DNA from: Narcine bancroftii
Lineage: Eukaryota
Direction: 5' to 3'
Length of the DNA: 64,000 nucleotides
NCBI RefSeq assembly: GCF_036971445.1
Contig: NC_091476.1
Coordinates: 107,446,001-107,510,000 of the forward strand
Every line of letters starts with the position of its first letter. The stretch's first letter is position 1. A model generated the notes under the pieces. That model saw only the letters and a list, made by a program, of their open reading frames with translations. It was not told the DNA's origin and made no database searches. The translations under genes were made by a program, and so were the position numbers. This document shows, one piece after another, positions 52,340 to 64,000 of this stretch.

Positions 52340-53989
52340 ATTTTGGGGTCTGGTGGTGTTTGACATTTTGGGGTTTGGTGGTGGTTGATATTTTGGGTTC
52401 TAGTGGTGTTTGACATTTTGGAGTTTGGTGGTGGTTGATATTTTGGGGTCTGGTGGTGTTTGACATTTTGGGGTCTGGTAGTGGTTGATATTTTGGGGTC
52501 TGCTGGTGTTTGACATTTTGGGGTCTGGTGGTGTTTGACAATTTGGGGTCTAGTGGTGTTTGACATTTTGGGGTCTGGTGGTGGTTGAAATTTTGGGGTC
52601 TGGTGGTGTTTGACATTTTGGGGTCTGGTAGTGTTTGACATTTTGGGGTTCTGGTGGTGTTTGACATTTTGGGGTCTGGTGGTGGTTGACATTTTGGGGT
52701 CTGGTAGTGTTTGACATTTTGGGGTCTAGTGGTGTTTGACATTTTGGGGTCTGGTGGTGGTTGACATTTTGGGGTCTGGTGGTGTTTTACATTTTGGGGT
52801 CTGGTAGTGTTTGACATTTTGGGGTTCTGGTGGTGGTTGACATTTTGGGGTCTGGTGGTGGTTGACATTTTGGGGTCTGGTAGTGTTTGACATTTTGGGG
52901 TCTGGTGGTGGTTGACATTTTGGGGTCTGGTGGTGTTTGACATTTTGGGGTCTGGTGGTGGTTGACATTTTGGGGTCTGGTGGTGTTTGACATTTTGGGG
53001 TCTGGTAGTGTTTGACATTTTGGGGTTCTGGTGGTGGTTGACATTTTGGGGTCTGGTGGTGGTTGACATTTTGGGGTCTGGTAGTGTTTGACATTTTGGG
53101 GTCTGGTGGTGGTTGACATTTTGGGGTCTGGTGGTGGTTGACATTTTGGGGTCTGGTGGTGGTTGACATTTTGGGGTCTGGTAGTGTTTGACATTTTGGG
53201 GTCTGGTGGTGGTTGACATTTTGGGGTCTGGTGGTGGTTGACATTTTGGGGTCTGGTAGTGTTTGACATTTTGGGGTCTGGTAGTGTTTGACATTTTGGG
53301 GTTCTGGTGGTGGTTGACATTTTGGGGTCTGGTGGTGGTTGACATTTTGGGGTCTGGTGGTGTTTGACATTTTGGGGTCTGGTAGTGTTTGACATTTTGG
53401 GGTTCTGGTGGTGGTTGACATTTTGGGGTCTGGTGGTGTTTGACATTTTGGGGTCTGGTGGTGGTTGACATTTTGGGGTCTGGTGGTGGTTGACATTTTG
53501 GGGTCTGGTAGTGTTTGACATTTTGGGGTCTGGTAGTGTTTGACATTTTGGGGTTCTGGTGGTGGTTGACATTTTGGGGTCTGGTGGTGGTTGACATTTT
53601 GGGGTCTGGTGGTGTTTGACATTTTGGGGTCTGGTAGTGTTTGACATTTTGGGGTTCTGGTGGTGGTTGACATTTTGGGGTCTGGTGGTGTTTGACATTT
53701 TGGGGTCTGGTGGTGGTTGACATTTTGGGGTCTGGTAGTGTTTGACATTTTGGGGTCTGGTGGTGTTTGACAATTTGGGGTCTAGTGGTGTTTGACATTT
53801 TGGGGTCTGGTGGTGGTTGACATTTTGGGGTCTGGTGGTGTTTGACATTTTGGGGTCTGGTAGTGTTTGACATTTTGGGGTTCTGGTGGTGGTTGACATT
53901 TTGGGGTCTGGTGGTGGTTGACATTTTGGGGTCTGGTAGTGTTTGACATTTTGGGGTCTGGTGGTGGTTGACATTTTGGGGTCTGGTGG
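52340..53989. repeat. 25-bp minisatellite, ~66 units, consensus ATTTTGGGGTCTGGTGGTG(G/T)TTGAC
   Basis: A period of 25 is read directly. A few recurrent unit variants occur, including a 26-bp form. Confidence 0.98.
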
Positions 53990-55312
53990 ATTGCAACAAG
54001 CTCCTCTGTCTCATTCAAAATTCCCCTGAAATCCTATTATCCTAAAGAGCCAGACGATTGACGACATTCCTGTGAATCATCTAGTGGATTTTAAGGCGTG
54101 AAAGCCAATCTACAAACCTGAGCTGCTGTTAGATATCCCAAAAGCAGACTTTCCATGCAGGTATACATACATTGTCATCATTGTACATTGTCACATTCTC
54201 TTTCTATTTACACCATTGCCTCCACTGTGACACCTTATCATTACTCCCCCTGTGTTGGAAGTGGTGAACTACAGTGTTCCTCACTCCTGCAGTCACTCCC
54301 ATTTCTCCTCCAGCAGCCCCTCCTCGCTACACAGTACTGTGGTTAAAGTCGCCTTGCTCAAGTTCAGACAGTCCCAGTTATTGGACCTTGTGTTCAAGGG
54401 CTGCTGCCTGGTCATTTGGAAGGCCAAGCTTTCCTGAACGAATAGGGGAGGTTTGTTCAGTGAGGTCATTAGCTGTGCTTTTGAATGAGGTCATCTCCAC
54501 TTTGGGCAGTGCAGTGGTGTGGCCTAGTAGTGCTGCTGCCTCACAGTGGCTTCACCCCTGACCTGTAACCCTGTGAGCTTTCATTAGATGTTTCCTTTCA
54601 CATCCCATAGACATGTGGGCCAGTTAGTTAATCAACCACTGCAAATTGCCTTTAGTGCGTGGGTGACTGGTGTGATGTGGGGAGAGTTGGTGGAGTGTAG
54701 GGAGAGAAGCTATGAAAGGGTGGTTGAGGTCGATGTGGGCTTGGTGGTTGAAGAGTCTGTTTCCATGCTTGATCTGTCTTTTACTAAAATCATCAAGACC
54801 TTTAAACTTCTCAAATCATTGCCCAGTCAGAGGCAAGACTTGGGCCCACTGTCCTATGGCTGACAGGTACATTTAAAGAGGTTTTTAACCTGGAACTTCA
54901 ACAAATGGGAGCTCTCTATTTCCCAACAGTGCCTTTCAATTTGACTTGGAGATCGAGAGTGAGCAAGAGAGAAAGAAAGAGAGAATCATCTAATTATTCT
55001 GGTGTTGAATGAACAGTTTATAGTTCAGAGAGTATTTTTAATCTAACCCCGGGGTTAGGAACCTGAGTGTGTTCAAATCTAAAATCAAATGGAGTATAAA
55101 GTCAGGCAGGATTCTCCCAAGCATCTAACTCCAAATCTCCTCCATTTTTGCTCAGTGGGTTTGGTTAAAATTATTGCTTTGTTTTAAATTGTAGGTTTGA
55201 CTCCACTAATTATGTTGATTGTTAATCTTACTCTTTGAAGCCTTTGTTTACTTCTCTGCATTTCTTTCTCTTTTTGCATTTGCTGGGTAATTTCCTTCCT
55301 TGCTCTCCGAAG

Positions 55313-55339
55313 AGATATTTGAGTCTGCGCACAATCAAT
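55313..55339 (+). CDS. PHLDB1: Candidate 27-nt PHLDB1 microexon within the PH domain (phase 0/0), RYLSLRTIN
   Basis: Pyrimidine tract with TGC motifs, CTCCGAAG acceptor, GTATGT donor. It lies in the intron where mammalian PHLDB1 has a short optional insert (recalled as KRFFRFTMVTE). Confidence 0.6.
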
Positions 55340-55553
55340 GTATGTATGAACTGCAGCTCTCTGTGTTGTATGTCAACCTTGCACTGTGGTTTTCCAGGCC
55401 TTGTCTCTGTTCTATGTCCAAACAACTTTGGGTCACAATTGCCTTTTAATGATCAAGGGTCCATGACTCATTGAGTTTTCTGGAGGCCAGTGAGCATGAG
55501 CGAAGAGCAGGGTTTTGTTTGATTGCTAGGGTACGAACAGCATGTTCCTTGGG

Positions 55554-55786
55554 GGAAAGTCATGCTCTTGGGGTATCAAACAACACCTCAGATTTGTGGG
55601 TTGGTTTTCGTTCCTTAAAATATACAAGTCGATTCACAGGAGTGTTGTCAGTCAAAATGTGGCATTTTAGGATAAAAGGATTTTAAAGGCATTTTAAAAG
55701 AGACAGAGGTGCTTGCTGCAATCCAATGTAGAAAATCTGGGAATGTCAACCATCACCAGAATCCCAAAATTCTCACACTCACACAC
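55554..55786. repeat. Diverged inverted copy of the sequence that flanks and seeds the minisatellite
   Basis: The reverse complement of 55554-55725 aligns to 53987-54154. The reverse complement of 55742-55786 aligns to 52322-52368. Confidence 0.85.
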
Positions 55787-56577
55787 TCATAAACACACAC
55801 TCAAATATACACACTTTTATCGTACACGCACACACATGCAACACGTACACACACAGCCGCGCACACAAATCCACTTGTCAGGGTTTTCCTGATGTTCAAC
55901 AACCAGCTGTGATCCTCACTCCTTGCGGGATAGTTTAATACTTTATTTGTAGCCATGGTGATTTTTGCTGCCACGTTTTGCTCAGTAACTGCCTTGGTCA
56001 CAAACAGTCTGTTTGCAGCCGAAGTGGAAGGAAAGTTTCAGGACAAAGTACTTTATTTTTGATACCACCACAAAAATAACTCTTCTTGATCCCTCCGTAC
56101 ATTGGCCGACGTGGAGAGGGAAGTAAGGAAAACACAGGGTCAGATTGATCTGTGCCAGCTTCAGAGAGGACGAAGGAGCAAGAATTTCATAGTTTAGGGA
56201 GCAGGCACCTGAAGCCACTAAGTTCTCAAAAGGCCAGACCTGAAAGGGATACAGCCTTTATTTCCAATTCAGATCGCTGGATAGTCATCAGCCCTGACGA
56301 ATCCCTCAGCTATCCTATCTCATGGAATTTAAGAAAACAGATTGTAGTAAACCACTGTTATGCCATGATTGGCTGCTGCCAGCTGGACACGCCTCCCATA
56401 GGCCCTTGCATGTTCCCTTTCTCTTTGCTTTGATCAGTCAATGAGGTTAATGGTAGTTCCAATCTTTAGTTAATAAAATTGATGTACCATCAATAATCAC
56501 AAATGCCTGAGAGTTTCCCAACATTAGCCTTTTGTGGTTATTGATGGTACAGCTGGGAAGTGAAAAGTGCCTTAGAG

Positions 56578-57353
56578 CACTGGCATCATTAGGGGGGGGT
56601 GCGGACCACACTGGGTGACACCATCAGAAGGGGTGACACCAAAATGACTGTCTATAAAATTTTTGTACAATATTTCAGCATAAATTTATTTTTTATAAAA
56701 ATATCCCTGTAGCTAGTTAAAACAGCAAAAATATTTTTCGTAAGCCCAGCTTAGATGTATCAATATACGTACAGGTCTAAAACTCGATGCTACGCAGTAC
56801 TGTGGTTAAAGTCGCATTGCTCAAGTTCAGACTGTCCCAGTTATTGGACCTTGTGTTCAAGGGCTGCTGCCTGGTCATTTGGAAGGCCAAGCTTTCCTGA
56901 ACTTGAATAGGGGACCTTCTAATGAACTCCCCAGAGCTGTCACTATTACCCAATTTCAATGATGCTTCGAATCACGTGGTTTCGTCTGCACGCGCTACAA
57001 GCATGCGCTGTTGTTTTTGTTGCGGCTGCTACTTTTGTCAAGTAACCTGGTGTTTTAGCTACAATATTGTGGTAATTAGAATTTGTTTTCTTACTGAATT
57101 TTCAGTTTAACTACATGAAACGATGTAAATGTGAATACATTTAGGCTGTGTAATTTTAATTTTGCTAGTTGTTTATCTCACTACCATGCTATTACATTCA
57201 GAGATACACGGGAATTACGATTTACGAGTGATATTAGTACAAAAAACATTACTGAGGATTCTGTATGATCTGGTACGGGAGGAGGTCCATGGGTGGGTGA
57301 GGTGATTCCATGAGTTACCACACTGGGTGACACCACCCCTAGTGACACCACTG
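56578..57353. mobile_element. Non-autonomous hAT-type element
   Basis: TIRs CACTGGCATCATTAGGGG / CCCCTAGTGACACCACTG, subterminal GGGTGACACC repeats, and a degenerate 8-bp TSD CCTTAGAG / CCTCAGAA. Confidence 0.75.
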
Positions 57354-57965
57354 CCTCAGAATAAGTGAAGAATGCTGCCCCTGGTGATTACTGGACACGG
57401 AAAAAGTTACACCCATTTTCAGAACAGATTTCTGGACCCAAAGGTGCTCCATGACTAAAGAATTGCTATTACTGTGTACCTCTATTGGAAGGTCACAGTC
57501 AGCTCGCACATACGGAGACCCCCCCTCCACACAGCTACGTGACAGTGTCCGTGTTATTTGTTCTCATGGTGTAGGCTGGAGTGAGTAAAGAAAGGTCAGG
57601 ACCCAGGGGAGAACTTTGCACCTTTTCTTTGGAATCATCCCCACAGGATCATTGATATTCAGTTCAGGGAAAAGGTGGTTTAATGGTGCGTTCCAGAAAA
57701 ATGCACATTTGATGAGCCAGTTCCTCAGGTTTTCATTGGTAGCCTCAGTGTGGATTCGGTACTTCAATCTCTGGAGCAGGTGAACCCAAGAGTATACCCA
57801 TGGAGTAAAGGAGAGAGCAAGGTAATATATTATACCCAATTAGGTGCCCAGTTTATTAGTTCATTGATGTGGCACACTCCACTTCCTTTGAACGTCATAA
57901 ACTCTTCACATCAAGCCTTGTTTATTTTTGAAGTGAAAACGTGATCATTGTCCTTGAAAAATTGA

Positions 57966-58130
<165 letters not shown>

Positions 58131-58258
58131 GCATCCAGGGAAGGTGCCCTCCTGGGGCTGAATGAGTTGGCGTTATGGAGAGTTCCATCAACTCGATCTG
58201 TTCTGACCAGCACTGCCTGTATTGACTGACTGTCTCCCTGCCGCCCCTCCCCCCCCCC

Positions 58259-58322
<64 letters not shown>

Positions 58323-59770
58323 TTCAGGCAATAAGTAAACCAGTCCCATTTCAGCATGAGGAGTGCAAGTCGGCAATGCAATGTTTCTACTTTTGCTGGA
58401 AGTTGACTTCAAACAAAAAAGGAGAAACAGCTTCACCCAGAGGCAAAACAAAACAGGCTCCAAAGACTCCCATCCAGTTTTGCAGGTTGAACATTCTGAC
58501 TTTCCAAGTGAATGGTGAACAGAGTCAAAGGGAGACTAATGTGGAAAAAAGAATAAGTTAATCCTCGACCTGAAACATTACACAGGCCTCACGGTCTTGG
58601 ATCTTCTGTGATGACATCTCCACGGGACAGATTGGTGCCTGTGCTATCTTCAAGTGCAGCCTGTGGCCTCTTGGCGACTGGAAATGTTCAGTGACGGGCG
58701 AACATGCATTCACAAAGTAAAGGAACACGATCTCTTCCCCTGCGTATGCAACACCTCAGCACGAGCGACAGACTGAACTCAGAGTTGCCTGCAGACAAGG
58801 TGGAAATTCCGTGCCTTTGAAACTTCTGGTCCAGGGATTCCAAGTGCTCAATCTAAGGACTCGTTTTGGCATCCAGCGGCATATCTTGGGAGTTGAATCA
58901 GGGATTGAAATATGTTTTATTTTATTAATTTCTGGTCTTGTTGTTGAATGATGCTTTAAGCTGAGGTACTGTCAGGCAGAATTTACCTCAACGCTATGAG
59001 TGATTTTTACAGTTTTATAACTATTAGAAGCCCAGTATTGCTTCTGCCTCCCACACACCCTGTGCCATAGTTTGCTTTAACATATCAGTAACTGTATCCA
59101 ACTGTGCTTTCTTTTATCTTGCATTTTAGCCAGTATCACACTATGGCCAAGAAGTAAAGGGAACACCCTCTCGAGAATCTTTGGTGTGTCTCGGGGACAA
59201 TATGTTAATGGTTTGAGAGATTTCTTGGCTTCTAGGACTTGTTGATCAAAATCTCACAGAAGCTTCATCCTCGCCTTGATAACTAGACATTGTGATGGCT
59301 TGTGTCACATGCTGTCGGCCTTTGAGGTGGTTGTTTACCCAGTACAGAGGAGCAACAGCCCTTCTTAACGTTTTGGTTTTGCTGTATCTGCCAAACCCAA
59401 TCTTGGGACAACATGGTGGTGCTGGGGTTGGCTGACCTCATTGGAGCAAGATCCAATGTCCTTCTCCACCATTTGGTGGGAGCAGGAATTGGACAGGTCA
59501 AAGGAGGATTTTGTGACCTGCTTCTGTGGCTGAATAGTTCATTGTCATTTGGTTATTTACACTCAGTAATGTGTGACTTAACCACACAGACTGGAAAATC
59601 CCAGCATCAGTCATTTTCCAGAGGCAAGGCTGTTCATTAGCCTGATAATTGGTCGTAGGGCCTTTGATACAAAGGAAAGGGACAAATCAGCCAGGCTGCT
59701 GTCTCATTCTTCAATAATGCCTGTTGACATGGGTGCTGAATTTGGATTAATAAATTACATTTATATGTTT
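58131..59770 (+). other. PHLDB1: Probable PHLDB1 3' UTR (end uncertain)
   Basis: Repeat-poor sequence after the stop codon. AATAAA occurs at 59749, with further candidates near 62083, 63564 and 63883. Confidence 0.4.
58246..58319. repeat. Poly-C plus (CT)n microsatellite in the 3' UTR
   Basis: Seen directly in the sequence. Confidence 0.97.
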
Positions 59771-62700
59771 TACACTTTGCTGTTCTCTACAACCCAAGCC
59801 TGAGATTTGGAGATAAAATTGCCCAGTTTCGAAAAAAATGTCCCAACTCAAAACATTGACAGTTCATTTCTCTCCATGGATGCTGTTTGACCTGCTGAGT
59901 TGCTCCAGCTCCTCTTTGTTTACTCATGATTCCAGTGTCTGAAGTTTTAGTGTTTTGTTTTCTGTCATGTAGCTTGGCACTATTTCCCTCCTTCACTCCT
60001 ACCCCATTCCCTAACCTCCATTCATTTCATTCCCCCCACTTCAGCCCTTTCTCTCACTCCCTTCAGTTCCACCACACCACCGTCCTGTTGTCAACGTGGG
60101 GGAGGTACTCCTGAAGTACTTTTAGTTATGTTCCAAGATCTATCCTATACGGAAAGAATGCTGCAGGACTTTAGCCTTGCAGAGGATGGAAGGTACATAC
60201 CCAGCATTCTGACACACAGACTGATCGTGAATATAAGGTTGGGGGCTCTTGAGCTTTTAGATTAAAGGTGGGCCATTTGATTCTTACCCTCTCCCCAGCT
60301 CATCAATGGTCATTGCTATAGGTCTAGATGGTTCTTTAACCCTTAAGATCATGGAGTAATCTTTAATTATTAACCCTGAAGCATTCTTCCAGTCTGAAGT
60401 TTATTGCTGTTGGAGAATAGACAAAATATTGCTTTTCCTGAAGCATTTGTGAATTACAATAGACAAAATTCAGTTCAGGTCCTCTTCCTCCGAATAGGAA
60501 ATGTTGAAAAGGAGTTTTCATTTGTGGAGTTAGACCAGTCAGGTAACTGCATCAACAATATGGGCCAAATGACCTCCTTCATTGCTGTTCCATCCTACAG
60601 TGCTATCTGTTAGGAAAAGAACCATTGACTTGTCTCCTTACTCTACACAGCAGGAGGGACAAAACTGGGCATGAACCTGCCATTGATTAAATTGTATATG
60701 AAGTTCTGTAAGTAACAGTCCTGAAAAGAAATTTCTGGCTCTTACATTCTTGATGAATCAGAAATACTGGAGGATGAATGTCTTTCACTTTGACCAATGT
60801 TGGCTGCGTGAAGTGCTTGAGATTCTGGCCCTATCACTTGGAGCAAATGATTTGCTCTTTATTTTTCATTAAATTACTCTGATCACCAGCAAAGAAGGAT
60901 TTATATTCTCCCGACCTATAGCCTCCAGTTTTGTGGCCCTCTGTCATGCAACAAACTTGACACTATACCCGAGTATTATAAAATAGCATACCTGCACTTG
61001 TTTCTCTGCTGTGTGCCAGAGTGAGCAGTACAGTATCCAATGTTATATGGTGACAGACCCACATCTACCTGGATAGTACCCTGACTCCATGTGATATCAG
61101 GCCAGTAATGAAGTTCAGTGTTATATGGTGGCAGGTCAAAACTCTCTTTTCTCATGGCCCATTATTACAGAGTGACAGGTTAAACACCGACCAAATCTAA
61201 TGCACCAACAAATGAGGAAGTTCAACATTCACCTCTCTTTATAATGTCTTGGGTTTTAAATTGAAAAAGAATGGCATCAAAGGATCATACAACTTTCAAA
61301 CCCATATCTCAGCAGAATTTATTTTTTTAATTAAAAGATAATGCTATTGAAAGGACTGTGTCAGATATTTTTCCAGCTGAATCCTGTTTCTAACTAACTC
61401 ATCAGAAAAGGTAATGCTGAGGAACTAAAGTGAAAACCCCTTTAACGTGGGACCCTGCATATCACTGTATCATATAAGGGTCGTGTTGGTTGGTTCAATC
61501 ATGAACCTTGGGAGACTTTGATGACTAAAATGTCATATTTTATATCTAAATTATGCAAAACAAATAGTGAATAATCATTGCCATTCATTCATGTAATGTA
61601 TTGTATATTTACACCATAAAATCAAATCCAACCACTTTCTGTATCAAAGCTGTTAGTGATTACTGCAAACATTGTTGCATTGATTGTTGAATTCTGCCGG
61701 TTTCTCATTCTGATCCATCACCCTAAACTGGTGCAGGATGAACACCCACAACAAAAGCAACAAGAGTCCCGGAGGTTGTAGGGCAATTGGGTATAATTGG
61801 GCAGCATGGACTCGTGGGCCAAAGGGGCCTGTTACCATGATGTACATCTATTTTTTTTAATGCACTTCATGAACTAGCTTTTTTTTGTGCCAGGATGAGG
61901 GCACTGAGCCAAGGGAAATGCCATTAGCTGCAACTTTCCTCCAAGTCACACACTGTGCTGATCAGGATATATTGGGACATTGTTGGGTTAAGTGAGAGTC
62001 AAACGCTATATAAACTGGAGCAATGACCTGCCACCCTCTTTTCAAGGGTGGTTAGGATTGGATGCGAACTATTGGCCTTGCCAATAAAATAGCAGAAAAC
62101 ATCACAAAAGGTTGTGGTCACCTACATGGTGTGAATACCTGTTACCAGCGTTATTTACAAATTTTGGAAAGCAGGGAGGGAAATCAATCCCTTCTACATC
62201 TTCACATTGTGATGTAAAACAAGATTATTTTATGTCATGTAATAAAACAGGTGTAAACACAAAATTTCATTTAGTCTGCCATCAGCAGAAATTACCCAGG
62301 GCCCCTTACAGTCAGAGACTCTTAAGATAAGCAAAAAAGAGTTGTTCTCCTCCCCCCCCCCCCCCAGCCCAGCCCAGCCCCAGAGTCACTGATTGATGAC
62401 ATATTTGCCTCCAGAACTCCTACAGCCTCGCCAGCCACTCAGACATCAGTCCAAACCATCAAGGTCCAGATCCAAGCCTCCAGCACAATACACAATTTAA
62501 ATGACTTCTTATAACACCCAAGGCATCATGATGGATTCATCACTGATTTGAGTGCTGTAAGTGTATTAAAATCATATTCAAACACTCACTCCACTGAATC
62601 ACAATCTACTGTATCTACCCAATATATTTTGGTGAATTATTATTTTAATTCTCAACAGTCTAAAACTACAGTTTAAGACGTATGGAGTGGCATTCATTGA

Positions 62701-64000
62701 CTTGTTGCTTCCCGAAATTAGATTTTATGGTAAGAACTGAAAACCAACAATTCAGTCACAACCAGTGTTGTGTCACAATCCTGAGGAAAGGTTGGTGGGA
62801 ATCCTGCTGGACTTCAAATGAAATGAGTATACTGATAACTGCCAGAAGTGAAATATGCGATTGGATTTTGTTCCAGGCACTACAGTAATTGTTTACTTAG
62901 GAAAGGAAAAAAAAGTGTGGACGCTGGGAATCTGACATAAAATCAGAAAGTGCTGAAAGTACTCTGGGTCAGTCAGCATCTGCAGTGTTTTCAATTGCAG
63001 AGAATGGGAGGAGAACATTAGGATTATTTGTGTCAGGGTAGAGACGGAGAGAAACTAGATGTCGCAAGGGATTTTGGAACTGGCTGAGAGGGGTAGCGAA
63101 CTGTTCTGTTTATATCCTATCCAGGCAGCTCGTCTGTGAACACCACGGACAACATGTCTGGAGAGAGAGGGGCCAAAATGCCCCTGGGGGTCCATAACAC
63201 ATTTAAGTAAAAGCTTTGTTTTCTTTTCACCTCACGTAATGTAAATGTTCTTTATGTTTTTAATGTAGTCGATAGGAGAGAAGTACGGAAAAAAAAACTT
63301 GGTGGCTTCACATAAACTTTGAGCCAAAAAAAAGGTCTATCTTAAATCAATATTAAATGAAAGTTCATCAACTTGAAATGTTAATTGCATTTTTCATTTA
63401 CCTGATCTTGCCTGACCTGATCAATATCAGTTTGGAATCAGTAAATAGCTATCTTCAATGGCTTCTGACACTCTTCATGACGTGCTGCAAGGTTGGCTGT
63501 TTCATATCATTGAGCTGATGGTCACTTAATTTGTAAATTAATTAACTGTTCAACATGAGCCAAAATAAAATTTACTGAAAGCCATCTCTTGAAGAAAGCC
63601 TGGAAATGTCAATCATCTCCCCACCACCCAAAACCCTGCATACAATTTACTCCATGTGTGTGCACATAAACATGCTCCCTTTCTTATACATACATACACA
63701 CTCTCATACATGCATGCACTCATACACATACATTCTTCTCCACATGCACGCACACACACGTCAATTCACGGGATTTACTGGATTTTAACAAGCAGTTGTG
63801 AAACTGGAGAATACTTTAATTGTAGCCTATTGGTCTGAGCAGCACCTTCTACCTCAGTAATGGCATTGATCCACAGCTCACAAATAAAACTACTGTTAAA
63901 ATCACAACATGTAAAAAAAATAGCAGCTAGTTCTAAACCGCTGTCATTAGAACCCTTGTTTCAAACTTCTGGAATTCCCACTCTACACCCTTTGATCTCC

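Noticed and set aside
52340-53989. Possible CRISPR array
   Set aside because: The units are head-to-tail with no unique spacers, there are no cas genes, and the context is a vertebrate intron.
52270-54018. Long repetitive ORFs (579, 395 and 340 aa) on the - strand
   Set aside because: They are by-products of a 25-bp stop-free tandem unit. All three frames give the same rotated peptide, and the region is antisense intron.
58131-64000. A second gene downstream of PHLDB1
   Set aside because: Only short ORFs, with no recognisable domains or consistent exon chain.

Overview
Vertebrate genomic DNA, most likely a cartilaginous fish (inferred from the HE1/V-SINE-like, CR1, Penelope and Rex/Babar repeat content). 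There is no prokaryotic system and no CRISPR array. The window holds the 3' half of PHLDB1 (LL5-alpha) on the + strand. I reconstructed nine core exons by hand (10696-58130) with consistent splice phases; they encode the coiled-coil region and the C-terminal PH domain. I also found six candidate frame-preserving cassette exons or microexons (126, 126, 162, 36, 39 and 27 nt), several carrying RBFOX/QKI or SRRM4-type motifs. The introns contain a full-length but decayed Ty3/Gypsy (Mag-like) element, two solo LTRs, many LINE/SINE/Penelope/DNA-transposon remnants, and a ~1.65 kb 25-bp minisatellite. The most unusual observations are three. First, there is a modular alternative-splicing layer in PHLDB1. 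Second, the minisatellite lies inside one arm of an old inverted duplication whose other arm preserves a single copy of the monomer. Third, that same inverted pair brackets a 27-nt microexon in the PH domain. Exon usage is predicted from sequence only, and repeat boundaries are approximate unless TSDs are given.
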